Assembly (NCBI GenBank): GCA_027320085.1
Contig: DAHVLZ010000005.1
Location: 35,220-99,219, forward strand
Direction: 5' to 3'
Origin: Pseudomonadota bacterium
GTDB taxonomy: Bacteria; Pseudomonadota; Gammaproteobacteria; JAKAQQ01
DNA: 64,000 bases
The notes beneath the pieces were generated by a model. That model worked only from the letters and a program-made list of their open reading frames with translations. It did not search any database and was not told the DNA's origin. Both the position numbers and the translations under genes were made by a program. Positions 18,429-27,969 of this stretch are shown here, in pieces; positions within the stretch are counted from its first letter, which is position 1; every line of letters starts with the position of its first letter.

Positions 18429-18962
18429 TCAGGGCCTGCCCTTGAGCAGTTTCAGCTCACGCTTGAGATCCCGCTTCTTCCAGTGTGGGACCTCAATCGC
18501 TTCGATCACGCTGATCCCCGGCCATCGGGGAGCGAACGGGCCATCCAGTGAACCCGTAGCTCCTCTAGGTGCTCTCGGTCCGTGTAGCACACACGCATGG
18601 GGTCCCCACCACGGCGTGCAACGCTTCACTTTCCGCCTTCTCAGCTTCAACATCGCGCTCGGGATCCGCGAGTGCCCGAAAGGCACGAGCAAGAGCCCGT
18701 TGGCTCCGAGCCGGGCCGCCTCGCGGCGCAGTTTCCGGAGGAGCGAGCTGTCATACGACAAGTCCGAGTACCCACCGAAACCGCTCCCATCCAGCTTCGC
18801 GACCACCACGTAATGCTTGGGGACGAGCGGCGGCGTAAAGATCATGACCTGGTTCGCCCGGATCGCCGGCCGGACCGGTCCCACGATGCGGGGCGTTGAG
18901 GCACAGCCCGCAAGCACCAGCAGGATGCCGTACCGGCCCAGGCTCGCGAAGCGCCGGATCAT
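18429..18962 (-). CDS. Lipoprotein (lipobox LAGC), unknown function
   Basis: Start taken at MIRRFASLGRYGILLVLAGCAS, so the N-terminal extension of ORF 18429..18995 is excluded. Last gene of a three-gene minus-strand operon. Confidence 0.5.
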   Translation of the reverse strand: MIRRFASLGRYGILLVLAGCASTPRIVGPVRPAIRANQVMIFTPPLVPKHYVVVAKLDGSGFGGYSDLSYDSSLLRKLRREAARLGANGLLLVPFGHSRIPSAMLKLRRRKVKRCTPWWGPHACVLHGPRAPRGATGSLDGPFAPRWPGISVIEAIEVPHWKKRDLKRELKLLKGRP

Positions 18963-18969
18963 GACCCAC

Positions 18970-19926
18970 TCACCGGGGCAGGTCTCCGGCCACAAGAAGC
19001 CGGAGCGTCAGGGCAACGGCCCGGGCAATGTCCGGGGTGGGTTGGTCCTTGGCCAATGGGCCATAGGTCAGCCGGGCCGCCAGCGGGTGATGGCCGTGGA
19101 TATGATACAAAAGCCAGGACGGCATTTGATGATTCCTCTCCAGAGTTCGACAATACACCCACCAGGACGGATCACGAGACCGATCTACTATAGACTCCCA
19201 CCAATAGACCTCCACGATCCGGAACCAGGTGGGGTGCCCATCCCTCCGGAGGGGGGAGAACCGGTCCCCGCGAACGGACTCCACACTCTTCTGGATCATG
19301 CTTTTATTTGAGTCGGTACGCAGCACCGTTACCGAAACAACCCGCCCCGAGCGGCCGACCCGGCCCACGAGCCAGACATAGGAGTTCACGGGACCGAACT
19401 CGCGACCACACCACCCCCGATGGAGTTCTTTCACCCGATCAGTTGTGGCCGGAAAACCGCCGGAACCGGGGATCAGAAAACGGACCGCAATGCCCCGACC
19501 GGGAGACCCAAAGCCCGCCCCCTGAGCCGCATGGATCCCGGACAGACGCAAGGTCCCCACTTGAGGCACCGGTACCCCCACCGCCCGAGCCAGAAGGGAT
19601 CCTCCGGAGATCCTGAGCCGTGGGGGGTGGACCACACTTTCCGCACGTTGGATGACCGGCCCGACCGGATGCTCGCGCGAGATCTTCGGCCGATGTGCAA
19701 GCCAGTGGACCGGGGTCGGACGGGGAAGCACTTGAGGCCGTGCCGAAGGACGCGAACTCCAGAGCCAAAGGCCAAAAGCCCCGAGCAAGAGGACTTCCAC
19801 CCCGGCCGCCATGGCCCATTGAACCGCCAGCCTGCCCAATCCTGATCCCAACGGAGGCCCGGCCGAATCAGACCCCTCCTCGATCCCACGAGGAGGAATG
19901 ACCAACTCTCTCTTCCTTCCCGGCAA
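18970..19926 (-). CDS. Membrane-anchored hypothetical protein with one N-terminal TM helix (possible TonB-like periplasmic protein)
   Basis: 318-aa ORF with TM helix AMAAGVEVLLLGAFGLWLW. Lies 7 bp upstream of the lipoprotein gene. Start uncertain (alternative M39). Confidence 0.4.
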   Translation of the reverse strand: MPGRKRELVIPPRGIEEGSDSAGPPLGSGLGRLAVQWAMAAGVEVLLLGAFGLWLWSSRPSARPQVLPRPTPVHWLAHRPKISREHPVGPVIQRAESVVHPPRLRISGGSLLARAVGVPVPQVGTLRLSGIHAAQGAGFGSPGRGIAVRFLIPGSGGFPATTDRVKELHRGWCGREFGPVNSYVWLVGRVGRSGRVVSVTVLRTDSNKSMIQKSVESVRGDRFSPLRRDGHPTWFRIVEVYWWESIVDRSRDPSWWVYCRTLERNHQMPSWLLYHIHGHHPLAARLTYGPLAKDQPTPDIARAVALTLRLLVAGDLPR

Positions 19927-19950
19927 GGGGATGTGACATTCAGGTAATCC

Positions 19951-20853
19951 TCAGCCGCCCGAACACTTCTTGGTAAGAGCACAGAAGGTTTCTGACTTCA
20001 AGATTTGCCAGCCTGAGTTGCCCCCTTGGCTCAAATCTAGACTCACCATACCAGCCTTAAAACCGCCCAAAGAAACTCCGACATCTGTAACACCGGCTTG
20101 ACCCAGTCTCTGATTACCGATTATCGCCGCATCAAGCTTTTGTTCCAAGGTAGTGGTTGTGGCAATTTGCTGCTTCACGTTGAAGCTGGCCGGTGGTGTC
20201 AGGAAATCGACCGCCGTCGTGCTGACCGGTTCTCCCGAGTCGTTCTCTGGCTCGCCATTGGCACCATATCCGCTGTCCAAGACAAAAGAAAAAACCAGTG
20301 GATTGGTTCCCGTGACCTGATATTCGGCGCTTGATCCGTCAGGGAAAGCCACGATCGTCACAAAGCCAAGCGGAGGATTTGCGGATGCCAGGTTGCTGTT
20401 GAGCCAAGTGCTCACAGCCGAGGCCTGGGAGGTGCCGGTAAAGGTGTTGGCCACGCTCGTAGGGATGTGAACCAGCAACGAGGGTGCCAGTCTTGAAAAG
20501 GTATTCTGTTCCTCACCGGTCGTCCCCGTCAGGTTGTCCCAGCTGATATCCCAGGTACAGGGGGCCCCATCCGCAGTCGAAATGCAGGGGCCGTGGGCGG
20601 TGATCATCGAAGCCAGTAACTCATCCGGATTGAAGATCAAAAACATCACCTCCATTTTTTCTCCCGTCGAGGTATCGAAGTAGGCTCCCGATGGAATATT
20701 GCCCTGGGCATAGTCCTGGAACTGGGGCTCGGTCGAGCAGCTGGTACAAATGTCGGTAGCGACGTTGTCGGCCGCTTGGGCTGAGCTGATCGACCAGAGG
20801 GCCAGGATCAGGCCGAAGAGGGAAATCAGAGAAAAAATCACGTGCTTTTTCAC
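19951..20853 (-). CDS. Secreted Cys-containing Thr/Ser/Gly-rich hypothetical protein (Sec signal peptide), lower-GC gene
   Basis: 300 aa with signal MKKHVIFSLISLFGLILALWSISSAQA. Six Cys clustered near both ends of the mature protein. No TM segment after the signal. Codon usage is AT-richer than the flanks. Confidence 0.6.
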   Translation of the reverse strand: MKKHVIFSLISLFGLILALWSISSAQAADNVATDICTSCSTEPQFQDYAQGNIPSGAYFDTSTGEKMEVMFLIFNPDELLASMITAHGPCISTADGAPCTWDISWDNLTGTTGEEQNTFSRLAPSLLVHIPTSVANTFTGTSQASAVSTWLNSNLASANPPLGFVTIVAFPDGSSAEYQVTGTNPLVFSFVLDSGYGANGEPENDSGEPVSTTAVDFLTPPASFNVKQQIATTTTLEQKLDAAIIGNQRLGQAGVTDVGVSLGGFKAGMVSLDLSQGGNSGWQILKSETFCALTKKCSGG

Positions 20854-21185
20854 GACATAATCTCCTTTTGGTCCAGTGACATTTTCTGTCTTGAGGCCGC
20901 TGCCTCAACCATTCGCTCGACCATACCCCCGAGCTTTTGTCAAACGGTCGGGAGACGGTGCTTCCCTCCACAATCGCGCGCACTGGGGCTGCGCTTCATG
21001 CCTCATCAACCCGGGTGGAAATGGGACGTGCTCCTAGTTCATCTGCGCACTGTCTATGGGCCGAAGTCCGGCGGCTATGTCTTCTTCCGGTTTGGTCGAT
21101 CCAGCTGACCTGTGGGGGACTCTCCGATCCATTGGGTCTTGGCCACTTGATAATTGATATCAAAAAAGCCACAATTGTGATCAGG

Positions 21186-21803
21186 ATGAATCCAATTGTG
21201 GCCAAAGCCCCTGATCCCTCCCCCCTGCGGGTCCTGCTGGGCGAATATCATTTGCGCCTGCTTGGGCTTCTGCTGTTGCGGCCTGAAGAGGATTTCCACC
21301 TCAGGGAGATCGAACGGCTAACGCGGGTGCCGGCCAGCTCCGCCCGCCGTGAGTTACAGCGGTTCGCCGCTGCCGGATTGGTGCAGTCGCGTCGGGTCGG
21401 AAATCAGGTCCGTTATCAGGCGGTTCGCAGTTGCGTTGTTTATCACGAATTGGCCAGCATGTTGCGCAAAACCGTCGGCATGGCTGATTTGCTACGCGAG
21501 GCCTTAACCCCCCTGGAGGGGAAGATCAGGACCGCGTTTCTGTTCGGTTCGGCTGCACAAGGCAGAGAAGGACCGTACAGCGACATTGATTTGATGGTGA
21601 TTGGCAATGTGAGCTTTGATGACGTCGTGCAAGCCGTACATGGAGTACAAGGAAAGCTGGGCAGGGAGGTGAATCCGGTTATCTTGCGGCAGCGGGATTT
21701 CAAGGCGAAACTCGAGCGCCAGGACGCTTTTATTCACCGCGTGATGGCCGAACCCAAAATCGCGATCTTCGGAGTACCAGGTGAGTTTGGAAAACCTGCT
21801 TAA
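21186..21803 (+). CDS. Winged-helix (ArsR-like) + minimal nucleotidyltransferase fusion (MntA-like antitoxin type)
   Basis: Start MNPIVAKA at 21186, internal in ORF 20937..21803. The HTH segment LREIERLTRVPASSARRELQRFAAAGLV is followed by the NTase motif FLFGSAAQGREGPYSDIDLMVIG. Confidence 0.7.
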   Translation: MNPIVAKAPDPSPLRVLLGEYHLRLLGLLLLRPEEDFHLREIERLTRVPASSARRELQRFAAAGLVQSRRVGNQVRYQAVRSCVVYHELASMLRKTVGMADLLREALTPLEGKIRTAFLFGSAAQGREGPYSDIDLMVIGNVSFDDVVQAVHGVQGKLGREVNPVILRQRDFKAKLERQDAFIHRVMAEPKIAIFGVPGEFGKPA

Positions 21804-22224
21804 GACCGGCCAGATCAAGGGGCAGGCTCCAAATAAACAGCAGGTCGCCAAGCTGCTGGCTGCGGCTGCTCGAAATCTCCGCGACGCTCATGTGAAGGCA
21901 AACAGTCCCGAGACGCGCTTCGACGTTGCCTATAAGGCCATGATGCAATCTGCGCTCACTGCCATGCAGGCATGCGGTTATCAACCGGATGCAAAACGTC
22001 CAGGTCACCATGCAACCGTGATCCAGTCCTTGCCCCTGACTTTGGGGATCGACAAAGAGCGCATCCTCGTGCTCGACAAATTGCGCATGAAACGCAATGC
22101 CTCTGACTATACCGGCGATGACCTGGATGAAGTGTCCGTAAAGGCCTGTATCACCGAAGCTCAAAAGTTGTTGGCTGGGGTGAAGGTCTGGCTCAAAATG
22201 ACCCACCCAGATCTTGTTGATTGA
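21781..22224 (+). CDS. HEPN-domain protein (HepT-like toxin candidate) with noncanonical R-X4-6-H region
   Basis: 147 aa, overlaps the NTase gene by 23 bp. The C-terminal KLRMKRNASDYTGD segment occupies the HEPN motif position but has no His. Confidence 0.6.
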   Translation: MSLENLLKTGQIKGQAPNKQQVAKLLAAAARNLRDAHVKANSPETRFDVAYKAMMQSALTAMQACGYQPDAKRPGHHATVIQSLPLTLGIDKERILVLDKLRMKRNASDYTGDDLDEVSVKACITEAQKLLAGVKVWLKMTHPDLVD

Positions 22225-22319
22225 AAGTGCATCCAGCGAATATTCTTTGACCCTATGTGAAGGAAACGGCAGGTCTCTTTTCTCGCAAGGTCAAGAGTCT
22301 GCACTTTGGGAGAATCCCC

Positions 22320-22592
22320 TCAGCGGCGATCAACCCGGGTGGAAGGGGGGCTTGCTGCCGGTTCATCCGGCGTGTCCTCCCCAGTGGATGCAGGATCCGG
22401 CTCGACGGGAATGCGGTGGGTTTCGGAGAACCACCCCCAGAGATCAACCAGGCGGCAGCGCTCGGAACAGAACGGCCGGGCCGCGGGATCCGTCGAATCG
22501 CCGGGTGCTTTTCCGCAGGTCGGGCAGCGGGGGTGGAGGGAGTCGGCCACGGGCTCAGAGCTGGCAGTGCTGGAGATTCCAGCGAACCTCAC
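22320..22592 (-). CDS. yacG: DNA gyrase inhibitor YacG (zinc ribbon)
   Basis: CPTCGK...RPFCSERCRLVDLWGWF matches the YacG Cys4 motif. Downstream of zapD as in E. coli and pseudomonads. The N-terminal extension may be an artefact. Confidence 0.75.
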   Translation of the reverse strand: MRFAGISSTASSEPVADSLHPRCPTCGKAPGDSTDPAARPFCSERCRLVDLWGWFSETHRIPVEPDPASTGEDTPDEPAASPPSTRVDRR

Positions 22593-23349
22593 GCCGGAAG
22601 GGCTCCGGTCGTTCGCAGGGATCGGGTTGCGTGAGGAAACGGACGAACAGCCGGTGGCGGCTGGCGCTGACTTCGGGAAAGCAGGGCAGTGCCGCGGGCA
22701 GGCCGATCCGGATCAGGCTCACCGAACTGAGCGCGCCCAGGTCTTCCTCGAACCCCCCTACGGGGGACTCTTGCGGTGTGAAGGGGGCGCTTTCCCGGAG
22801 GAGTTTGAGATAGAAACGGACGGCATCCGCGATCGGTTCGAGTTCCATGTACCAACCGGCCAGGAGCTCCTGCCGTCTTTGTGCTTCCGTCTGGATCCAG
22901 TGGGCATAGGCGGGCACTTCGAAGGGAGCGGCGCCGCCCGGAACCGCAGAGCGGCTTTTCACGAGATTGAGCAGTTCGCAACGACGCAGGCTCTCGCCCA
23001 TCCGGGTCTCGTTTTCGAGCAGTCGCCGGCTTTTTTGGGAAAACTCGCCCAAGAGGCGTTCGAGACGGGCCGCATCGACCAGAGGCCGCGTCCGGAGCGG
23101 ATTCCAGGCCTGCTGGACGCGTTCGAACTCACGCAGGATCTCCTTGCGGACGTCTCCCCGGAGCAGGAGATTCTCGATCTGGAGCAGGTTGTCCAGGCGG
23201 GCATGATCCATCGCCACCCCGGGGGTTCCGCTCTCCTCCTGGCCGAGGATGAACAGCCACTCCAGGCGCAGGAACAGCCGGATCCTTTCGTTCAGCGGAT
23301 GCTCGAAGACGCAAGCCCCGCCGGGGGCGGGGTCAGCCGGCTGGGACAT
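22555..23349 (-). CDS. zapD: Cell division protein ZapD
   Basis: VFEHPLNERIRLFLRLE matches the ZapD N-terminus. Start taken at MSQPADP (M27 of ORF 22555..23427). Confidence 0.85.
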   Translation of the reverse strand: MSQPADPAPGGACVFEHPLNERIRLFLRLEWLFILGQEESGTPGVAMDHARLDNLLQIENLLLRGDVRKEILREFERVQQAWNPLRTRPLVDAARLERLLGEFSQKSRRLLENETRMGESLRRCELLNLVKSRSAVPGGAAPFEVPAYAHWIQTEAQRRQELLAGWYMELEPIADAVRFYLKLLRESAPFTPQESPVGGFEEDLGALSSVSLIRIGLPAALPCFPEVSASRHRLFVRFLTQPDPCERPEPFRREVRWNLQHCQL

Positions 23350-23983
23350 CGGGGGATTCCAGGGGCCGGTTCCGGGCGCGTTGGGTATAGTCACCCACAA
23401 GCTTCCGTGCGGATTCAGCGAGCTCACCGAGCCCGGATTCGTTGACCACGAGGTCGTCGGCCCGCCTCAGTCGCGTCTTTCTTGACGATTGAAGTGCGAG
23501 AAGCCGTTCGGCCTCGGCCTGCTCCATCTGGTCACGGACCATGAGCCTCCCGATCTGGAGGTGTTCACAGCAGTCGACGACGAGCACCCGGTCGAGCGTC
23601 AGGGAGGCTGGAGGCGTTCCGATTTCGGTGAGCAGCGGGATCACACAGAGCACCCAGTCGGCCTCCGGGTAGGAGGCCATCTCGGATTCGAGCCGCGCCC
23701 AGATCAGGGGATGGAGGAGGGATTCCACGCGGTGGCGGAGGCCGGGATCGTCCGTCATCGCGAACCGCAGCTGTCGCCGGTCGAGCCGGCCGTCCGCATC
23801 GAAAAACCCCCGATCCAGGTTTTCCCGGAGACGACGGTCGCCGGGCTCATTCGGAAGCGTGAGCTCGCGGGAGATCCTGTCGCTGTCCACGACCGGAATC
23901 TGGTGTCCGGCCATGAGGGCGGCCAGTGTGGTTTTCCCGCTGGCGATCCCCCCGGTCAGGGCTACGGTCCAGGGCCGCCTCAT
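23333..23983 (-). CDS. coaE: Dephospho-CoA kinase
   Basis: 216 aa from MRRPWTVALTGGIASGKTT (P-loop). The 407-aa ORF in the track is a 5' over-extension. The start overlaps the pilD stop (ATGA). Confidence 0.9.
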   Translation of the reverse strand: MRRPWTVALTGGIASGKTTLAALMAGHQIPVVDSDRISRELTLPNEPGDRRLRENLDRGFFDADGRLDRRQLRFAMTDDPGLRHRVESLLHPLIWARLESEMASYPEADWVLCVIPLLTEIGTPPASLTLDRVLVVDCCEHLQIGRLMVRDQMEQAEAERLLALQSSRKTRLRRADDLVVNESGLGELAESARKLVGDYTQRARNRPLESPDVPAG

Positions 23984-24846
23984 GCCGGGTGGATCAGGTG
24001 GAGCCAGAACTTGAGGAGGAATCCTCCGTAGGCCAGGCTGACCAGTCCGGCACCGGCCAGGAAAGGGCCGAAGGGCATGGGTTGGCCGCGCCGGTGGTGC
24101 CCGGTCAGGATCAGGAGGATGCCGGTCAGGGCACCGATCACGGAGGCCAGCAGGATCACGACGATGAGGCTTTCCGCACCCAGCCAGGCGCCGAGCAGGG
24201 ACAGGAGCTTGAAGTCGCCGTAACCCAGGCCCTCCTTTCCGGTGAGGAGCCGGAAGCTCTGGTAGACCACCCACAGGAAGACGTAGCCCAGGATGGCGCC
24301 CCAGAGCGCCGATCTCAGGGGGACGAACAGCCCCCCGCTGTTCAGGGCCAGTCCGAGCCAGATCCCCGGCAGGGTGATGGCATCCGGGAGGATCTGGTGG
24401 TCGAGATCGATGAGCGCGAGGGTGATGAGCATCCAGAAGAGCAGCATGGCGCCGATGGCCTGGAGCGGAGCGGCGAAACCCAGGGCGCAGAGGACGGTGC
24501 CTGCCCCCGAGGCGAGTTCGACCAGAGGATAACGGAGGCTGATCCGGGCCTTGCATTCATGGCAGCGACCGCCCAGAAGAATCCAGCTCACGACCGGGAT
24601 GTTGGCCCACGGCGGGATCGGCCGCCCGCACACCGGGCAATGGGACCCCGGCCGGGCCAGATTGTAGGGCGGGGCCGTCTCCGGAGGGAGGGTTCCCGAA
24701 GCCTCGGCGCATTCCCGGTGCCACCGCCGTTCCAGCATGCGGGGCAGGCGATGGATCACGACGTTGAGAAAGCTGCCCACCACGAGGCCCACGAGGCCCG
24801 CCGAGACGAGGTACCACACCCGGAGCGCGCTCTCTCCGGACATCAC
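23980..24846 (-). CDS. pilD: Prepilin leader peptidase / N-methyltransferase PilD
   Basis: 288-aa polytopic membrane protein with the Cys-box (CPVCGRPI...CHECKARI) and the A24 peptidase region. Confidence 0.9.
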   Translation of the reverse strand: MMSGESALRVWYLVSAGLVGLVVGSFLNVVIHRLPRMLERRWHRECAEASGTLPPETAPPYNLARPGSHCPVCGRPIPPWANIPVVSWILLGGRCHECKARISLRYPLVELASGAGTVLCALGFAAPLQAIGAMLLFWMLITLALIDLDHQILPDAITLPGIWLGLALNSGGLFVPLRSALWGAILGYVFLWVVYQSFRLLTGKEGLGYGDFKLLSLLGAWLGAESLIVVILLASVIGALTGILLILTGHHRRGQPMPFGPFLAGAGLVSLAYGGFLLKFWLHLIHPA

Positions 24847-24892
24847 GGGACGAGGGGGGATCGGGCGGGAGACCGGTGCATGAGGAGCGGGT

Positions 24893-26110
24893 TCAGACGA
24901 CGGAGCCCAGCTTGAAGATCGGCAGGTACATGGCCACCACGAGTGAGCCCACGATGATCCCCAGAACCACGATGATGATGGGTTCGATGAGCGTGCTCAG
25001 GGATTCGACGGCGTTGTCGACCTCGGCCTCGTAGATGACCGCCACCTTGTTCGCCATCTCCTGGATCTTGCCGGACTGTTCCCCGATGGCGATCATCTGG
25101 ATGACCGCGTTGGGAAAGAGATCGGTCTGCTTCATCGATTCGTTGAGCGCGCGCCCCGTGGCCACCTGGTCGTGGATCATCCGGATGCCGTTCTCGTAGA
25201 CCCGGTTTCCGCTCGTGCCGGCGATGGTGTCCAGGGCCTCGACCATCGGGACCCCGGCACCGTACATGGTGGCCAGCGAGCGGCAAAACCGGGCGATGAT
25301 GGCCTTCTGCAGGATGCCGCCCATGACGGGAATGCGGAGCAGCGTCCGGTCCACCCACAGGCGGAAATCATCCGACCGCCGGTAGAGGGCCATGATTCCC
25401 GCCACGATCCCGCCGATCACGAGGAGATAGACCGGCGCATAGGTGCGCACGCTCTCGGACAGGTCGATCACCATGCGGGTGTAGGCGGGCAGGGAGGCGC
25501 CAAAACCGTTGAAGAGCTTCTGGAACTCGGGAATCACGAAGACCAGCATCACGGTCATCACGAGGATGGCCACGGCGATCACCGAGGCCGGGTAGATCAT
25601 GGCCTTCTTGATCTTGGCCTTGATGTATTCCATCTTTTCCTTGTAGGTCGCGATGCTGTCGAGCAGCTGCTCCAGCTTGCCGGAGCCCTCGCCGGCGGCC
25701 ACCAGGTTGACAAACAGGTAGTCGAAGTACTTGGGATGCTGTTCCATGGCCTTGGCCAGGGAAACCCCGCTCGTCACCTGGTTCTGGATCGCCTCGACCA
25801 TGCGCCGCATGCGGGGGTTGTCGTCGCTCGTCGAGATGATGCCGAGCGCCTGGACCATCGGCACGCCGGCGCCCGTGAGTGTGGCCAGCTGGCGGGTGAA
25901 GTTGGCGATGTCCCGCGGCCGGATCCGCCGCCCGCGGTGTTTGATGGTCCGCTCCCGCCGGATACGGGTCACGGTGATGCCCTGGTTGCGGAGCTGGCTG
26001 CGCAGCAGGGCTTCCGCCGATGAGGTGTCGCGACCGCGGACGGACCGGCCCTGCCGGTCGCGGCCCTCCCAGCGGAATCTCACGGGCTGGATGCTTGGTT
26101 TGGTCGCCAT
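24893..26110 (-). CDS. pilC: Type IV pilus assembly platform protein PilC (GspF family)
   Basis: 405 aa with duplicated GspF domains and TM helices. Confidence 0.9.
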   Translation of the reverse strand: MATKPSIQPVRFRWEGRDRQGRSVRGRDTSSAEALLRSQLRNQGITVTRIRRERTIKHRGRRIRPRDIANFTRQLATLTGAGVPMVQALGIISTSDDNPRMRRMVEAIQNQVTSGVSLAKAMEQHPKYFDYLFVNLVAAGEGSGKLEQLLDSIATYKEKMEYIKAKIKKAMIYPASVIAVAILVMTVMLVFVIPEFQKLFNGFGASLPAYTRMVIDLSESVRTYAPVYLLVIGGIVAGIMALYRRSDDFRLWVDRTLLRIPVMGGILQKAIIARFCRSLATMYGAGVPMVEALDTIAGTSGNRVYENGIRMIHDQVATGRALNESMKQTDLFPNAVIQMIAIGEQSGKIQEMANKVAVIYEAEVDNAVESLSTLIEPIIIVVLGIIVGSLVVAMYLPIFKLGSVV

Positions 26111-26117
26111 CGGTCGC

Positions 26118-27878
26118 CTAAGTGCTGATCACCCGGTCGATTTCCTCGAGGGTGGTGATGCCCTGGATCACTTTCTCGAGTCCGGACCGCCGGAGATCCC
26201 AGATGCCTTCCTTGCGCGCCTGGGCCGCCAGGGCGATGGCATTGGCCCCCTCCATCATGAGGGCGGACATGTCCTCGGAGATCGGGAAGACCTGGTAGAC
26301 ACCGGTCCGGCCACGGTAGCCCAGCTGGCAGTCCTCGCAGCCGGCCGGGTTGGCGTGGTAGAGCTTCTGCACCCGGGTCGCCACATCCTCCGGCAGATGC
26401 GCCTCCTCCAGCATGGCCGGGGTCGGCGCATACGGTTTCCGGCAATGCTCGCACAGGCGGCGGGCCAGACGTTGCGAAATGATGAGGCAGATGGAACTCG
26501 CGACCGAGTAGGCGGGAACCCCCATGTCGAGGAGCCGGGTCAGGGTCTGCGGGGCGTCATTGGTATGCAGCGTGGACAGGACGAGATGCCCGGTCTGGGC
26601 CGCCTTGACGGCAATTTCGGCCGTTTCCTGGTCGCGGATCTCGCCCACCAGGATCACATCCGGATCCTGGCGCAGGAAGGCGCGCAGGGCCTCGGCAAAG
26701 CCGAAATGCAGACGCGGCTGGACGTTGACCTGGTTGATCCCGACCAGCTGGATTTCCACGGGATCCTCGGCGGTGCTGATGTTGCGCTCGATCGTGTTGA
26801 GCTGGTTGATGCCCGCATACATGGTCACGGTCTTGCCGCTGCCGGTCGGTCCCGTCACCAGGATCATCCCCTGGGTCCGGGCCAGGGCACGGAGGTAAGC
26901 CTGCTCCTGGTGGGGTTCGAAGCCCAGGGCTTTGATGCCGACCTGGGCCATGCCGGGATCGAGGACCCGCATCACGATCTTCTCGCCATGCACGGTGGGG
27001 ATGCTGCTCACGCGGAAGTCGAGGGCCCGGTTGGCGCTCACGTGGATCCGGACCTTGCCGTCCTGGGGCATGCGACGCTCGTCCGTCCGGAGCTGTGCGC
27101 GAACCTTGAGGCAGGCCACGATCCGGTCCTTCGACTGGATGGGGGGATGGTTGTAATCGGTCAGGATCCCGTCGATCCGGAGCCGGACCCGGTAGAAGGT
27201 CTCGTACGGCTCGAAATGGATGTCGGAGGCGCCTTTCTGGATGGCATGGAGCAGGGTTTTCTTGACGAAGCGGACGATCGGTTCCTCATCCGTGACTTCC
27301 TGTCCCACATCGAAGTTCGGGGTCGCCAGCTCCGCGTTCGAATCGAAGTCCACATCGTCCAGGAAGTTGCCCTCATCGGGCGAGAGATTGGATCCGAAGG
27401 AACCGGCATCGGCATAGGCCCGCTCGAGTGCCTTGATGAGCTTGTCGTGTTCAACGAGAACCGGAACCACCTCGAGGCTCGTCCGGAAACGGATCTCGTC
27501 GATCCCGCGGTGGTGGGTGAGATCGGAGACCGCGACGTACAGGCGCTTTCCGCGCCGGAAGAAGGGGAGGGAGAAGGTCGCGCGGATGACGCGTTCCTCG
27601 CCCAGCTGGAGGCACTCGGGATCGACCACGAGGGCGGAGGCGTCCAGAAGCGGCGTGTCGAAATGCTGGGACAGGGCGAGCGCCAGCTCGGCGGGAGGAA
27701 CCTTGACCGTCTCCACGAGGCTCGCGATGAGCGTCATGCGTCGACGCCGTCCGTCCCCCTCGACCTGCCGGGCCTGGGTCTCGGTCAGAAGACTGCGCGC
27801 AATCAGGAACTGCAGGAACGGACCCAGGCCGGATTCGTTCGGGTGGGGTGTGGATTGCGGTGCGGTTTGAGTGACCAT
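26118..27878 (-). CDS. pilB: Type IV pilus assembly ATPase PilB (GspE family)
   Basis: 586 aa from MVTQTAPQ. Walker A GPTGSGKT, the tetracysteine CEHC..CEDC, and the GspE N-terminal domain. The 732-aa track ORF is over-extended. Confidence 0.92.
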   Translation of the reverse strand: MVTQTAPQSTPHPNESGLGPFLQFLIARSLLTETQARQVEGDGRRRRMTLIASLVETVKVPPAELALALSQHFDTPLLDASALVVDPECLQLGEERVIRATFSLPFFRRGKRLYVAVSDLTHHRGIDEIRFRTSLEVVPVLVEHDKLIKALERAYADAGSFGSNLSPDEGNFLDDVDFDSNAELATPNFDVGQEVTDEEPIVRFVKKTLLHAIQKGASDIHFEPYETFYRVRLRIDGILTDYNHPPIQSKDRIVACLKVRAQLRTDERRMPQDGKVRIHVSANRALDFRVSSIPTVHGEKIVMRVLDPGMAQVGIKALGFEPHQEQAYLRALARTQGMILVTGPTGSGKTVTMYAGINQLNTIERNISTAEDPVEIQLVGINQVNVQPRLHFGFAEALRAFLRQDPDVILVGEIRDQETAEIAVKAAQTGHLVLSTLHTNDAPQTLTRLLDMGVPAYSVASSICLIISQRLARRLCEHCRKPYAPTPAMLEEAHLPEDVATRVQKLYHANPAGCEDCQLGYRGRTGVYQVFPISEDMSALMMEGANAIALAAQARKEGIWDLRRSGLEKVIQGITTLEEIDRVIST

Positions 27879-27969
27879 GACCCCCCATTTCGGCCGGTCC
27901 GCGTCGGTTGAGCCCGGCCCTTTCAGCCCGGGATCATAGCACGCCTCGACCGGGGGGCGGGCGGACCAC

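Noticed and set aside
22306-23445. 379-aa plus-strand ORF overlapping zapD/yacG
   Set aside because: Antisense to the conserved zapD and yacG genes. Low-complexity Arg/Gly/Ala-rich translation.
25731-27911. 726-aa plus-strand ORF antisense to pilB/pilC
   Set aside because: Antisense to strongly supported pilB and pilC. No domain signal.
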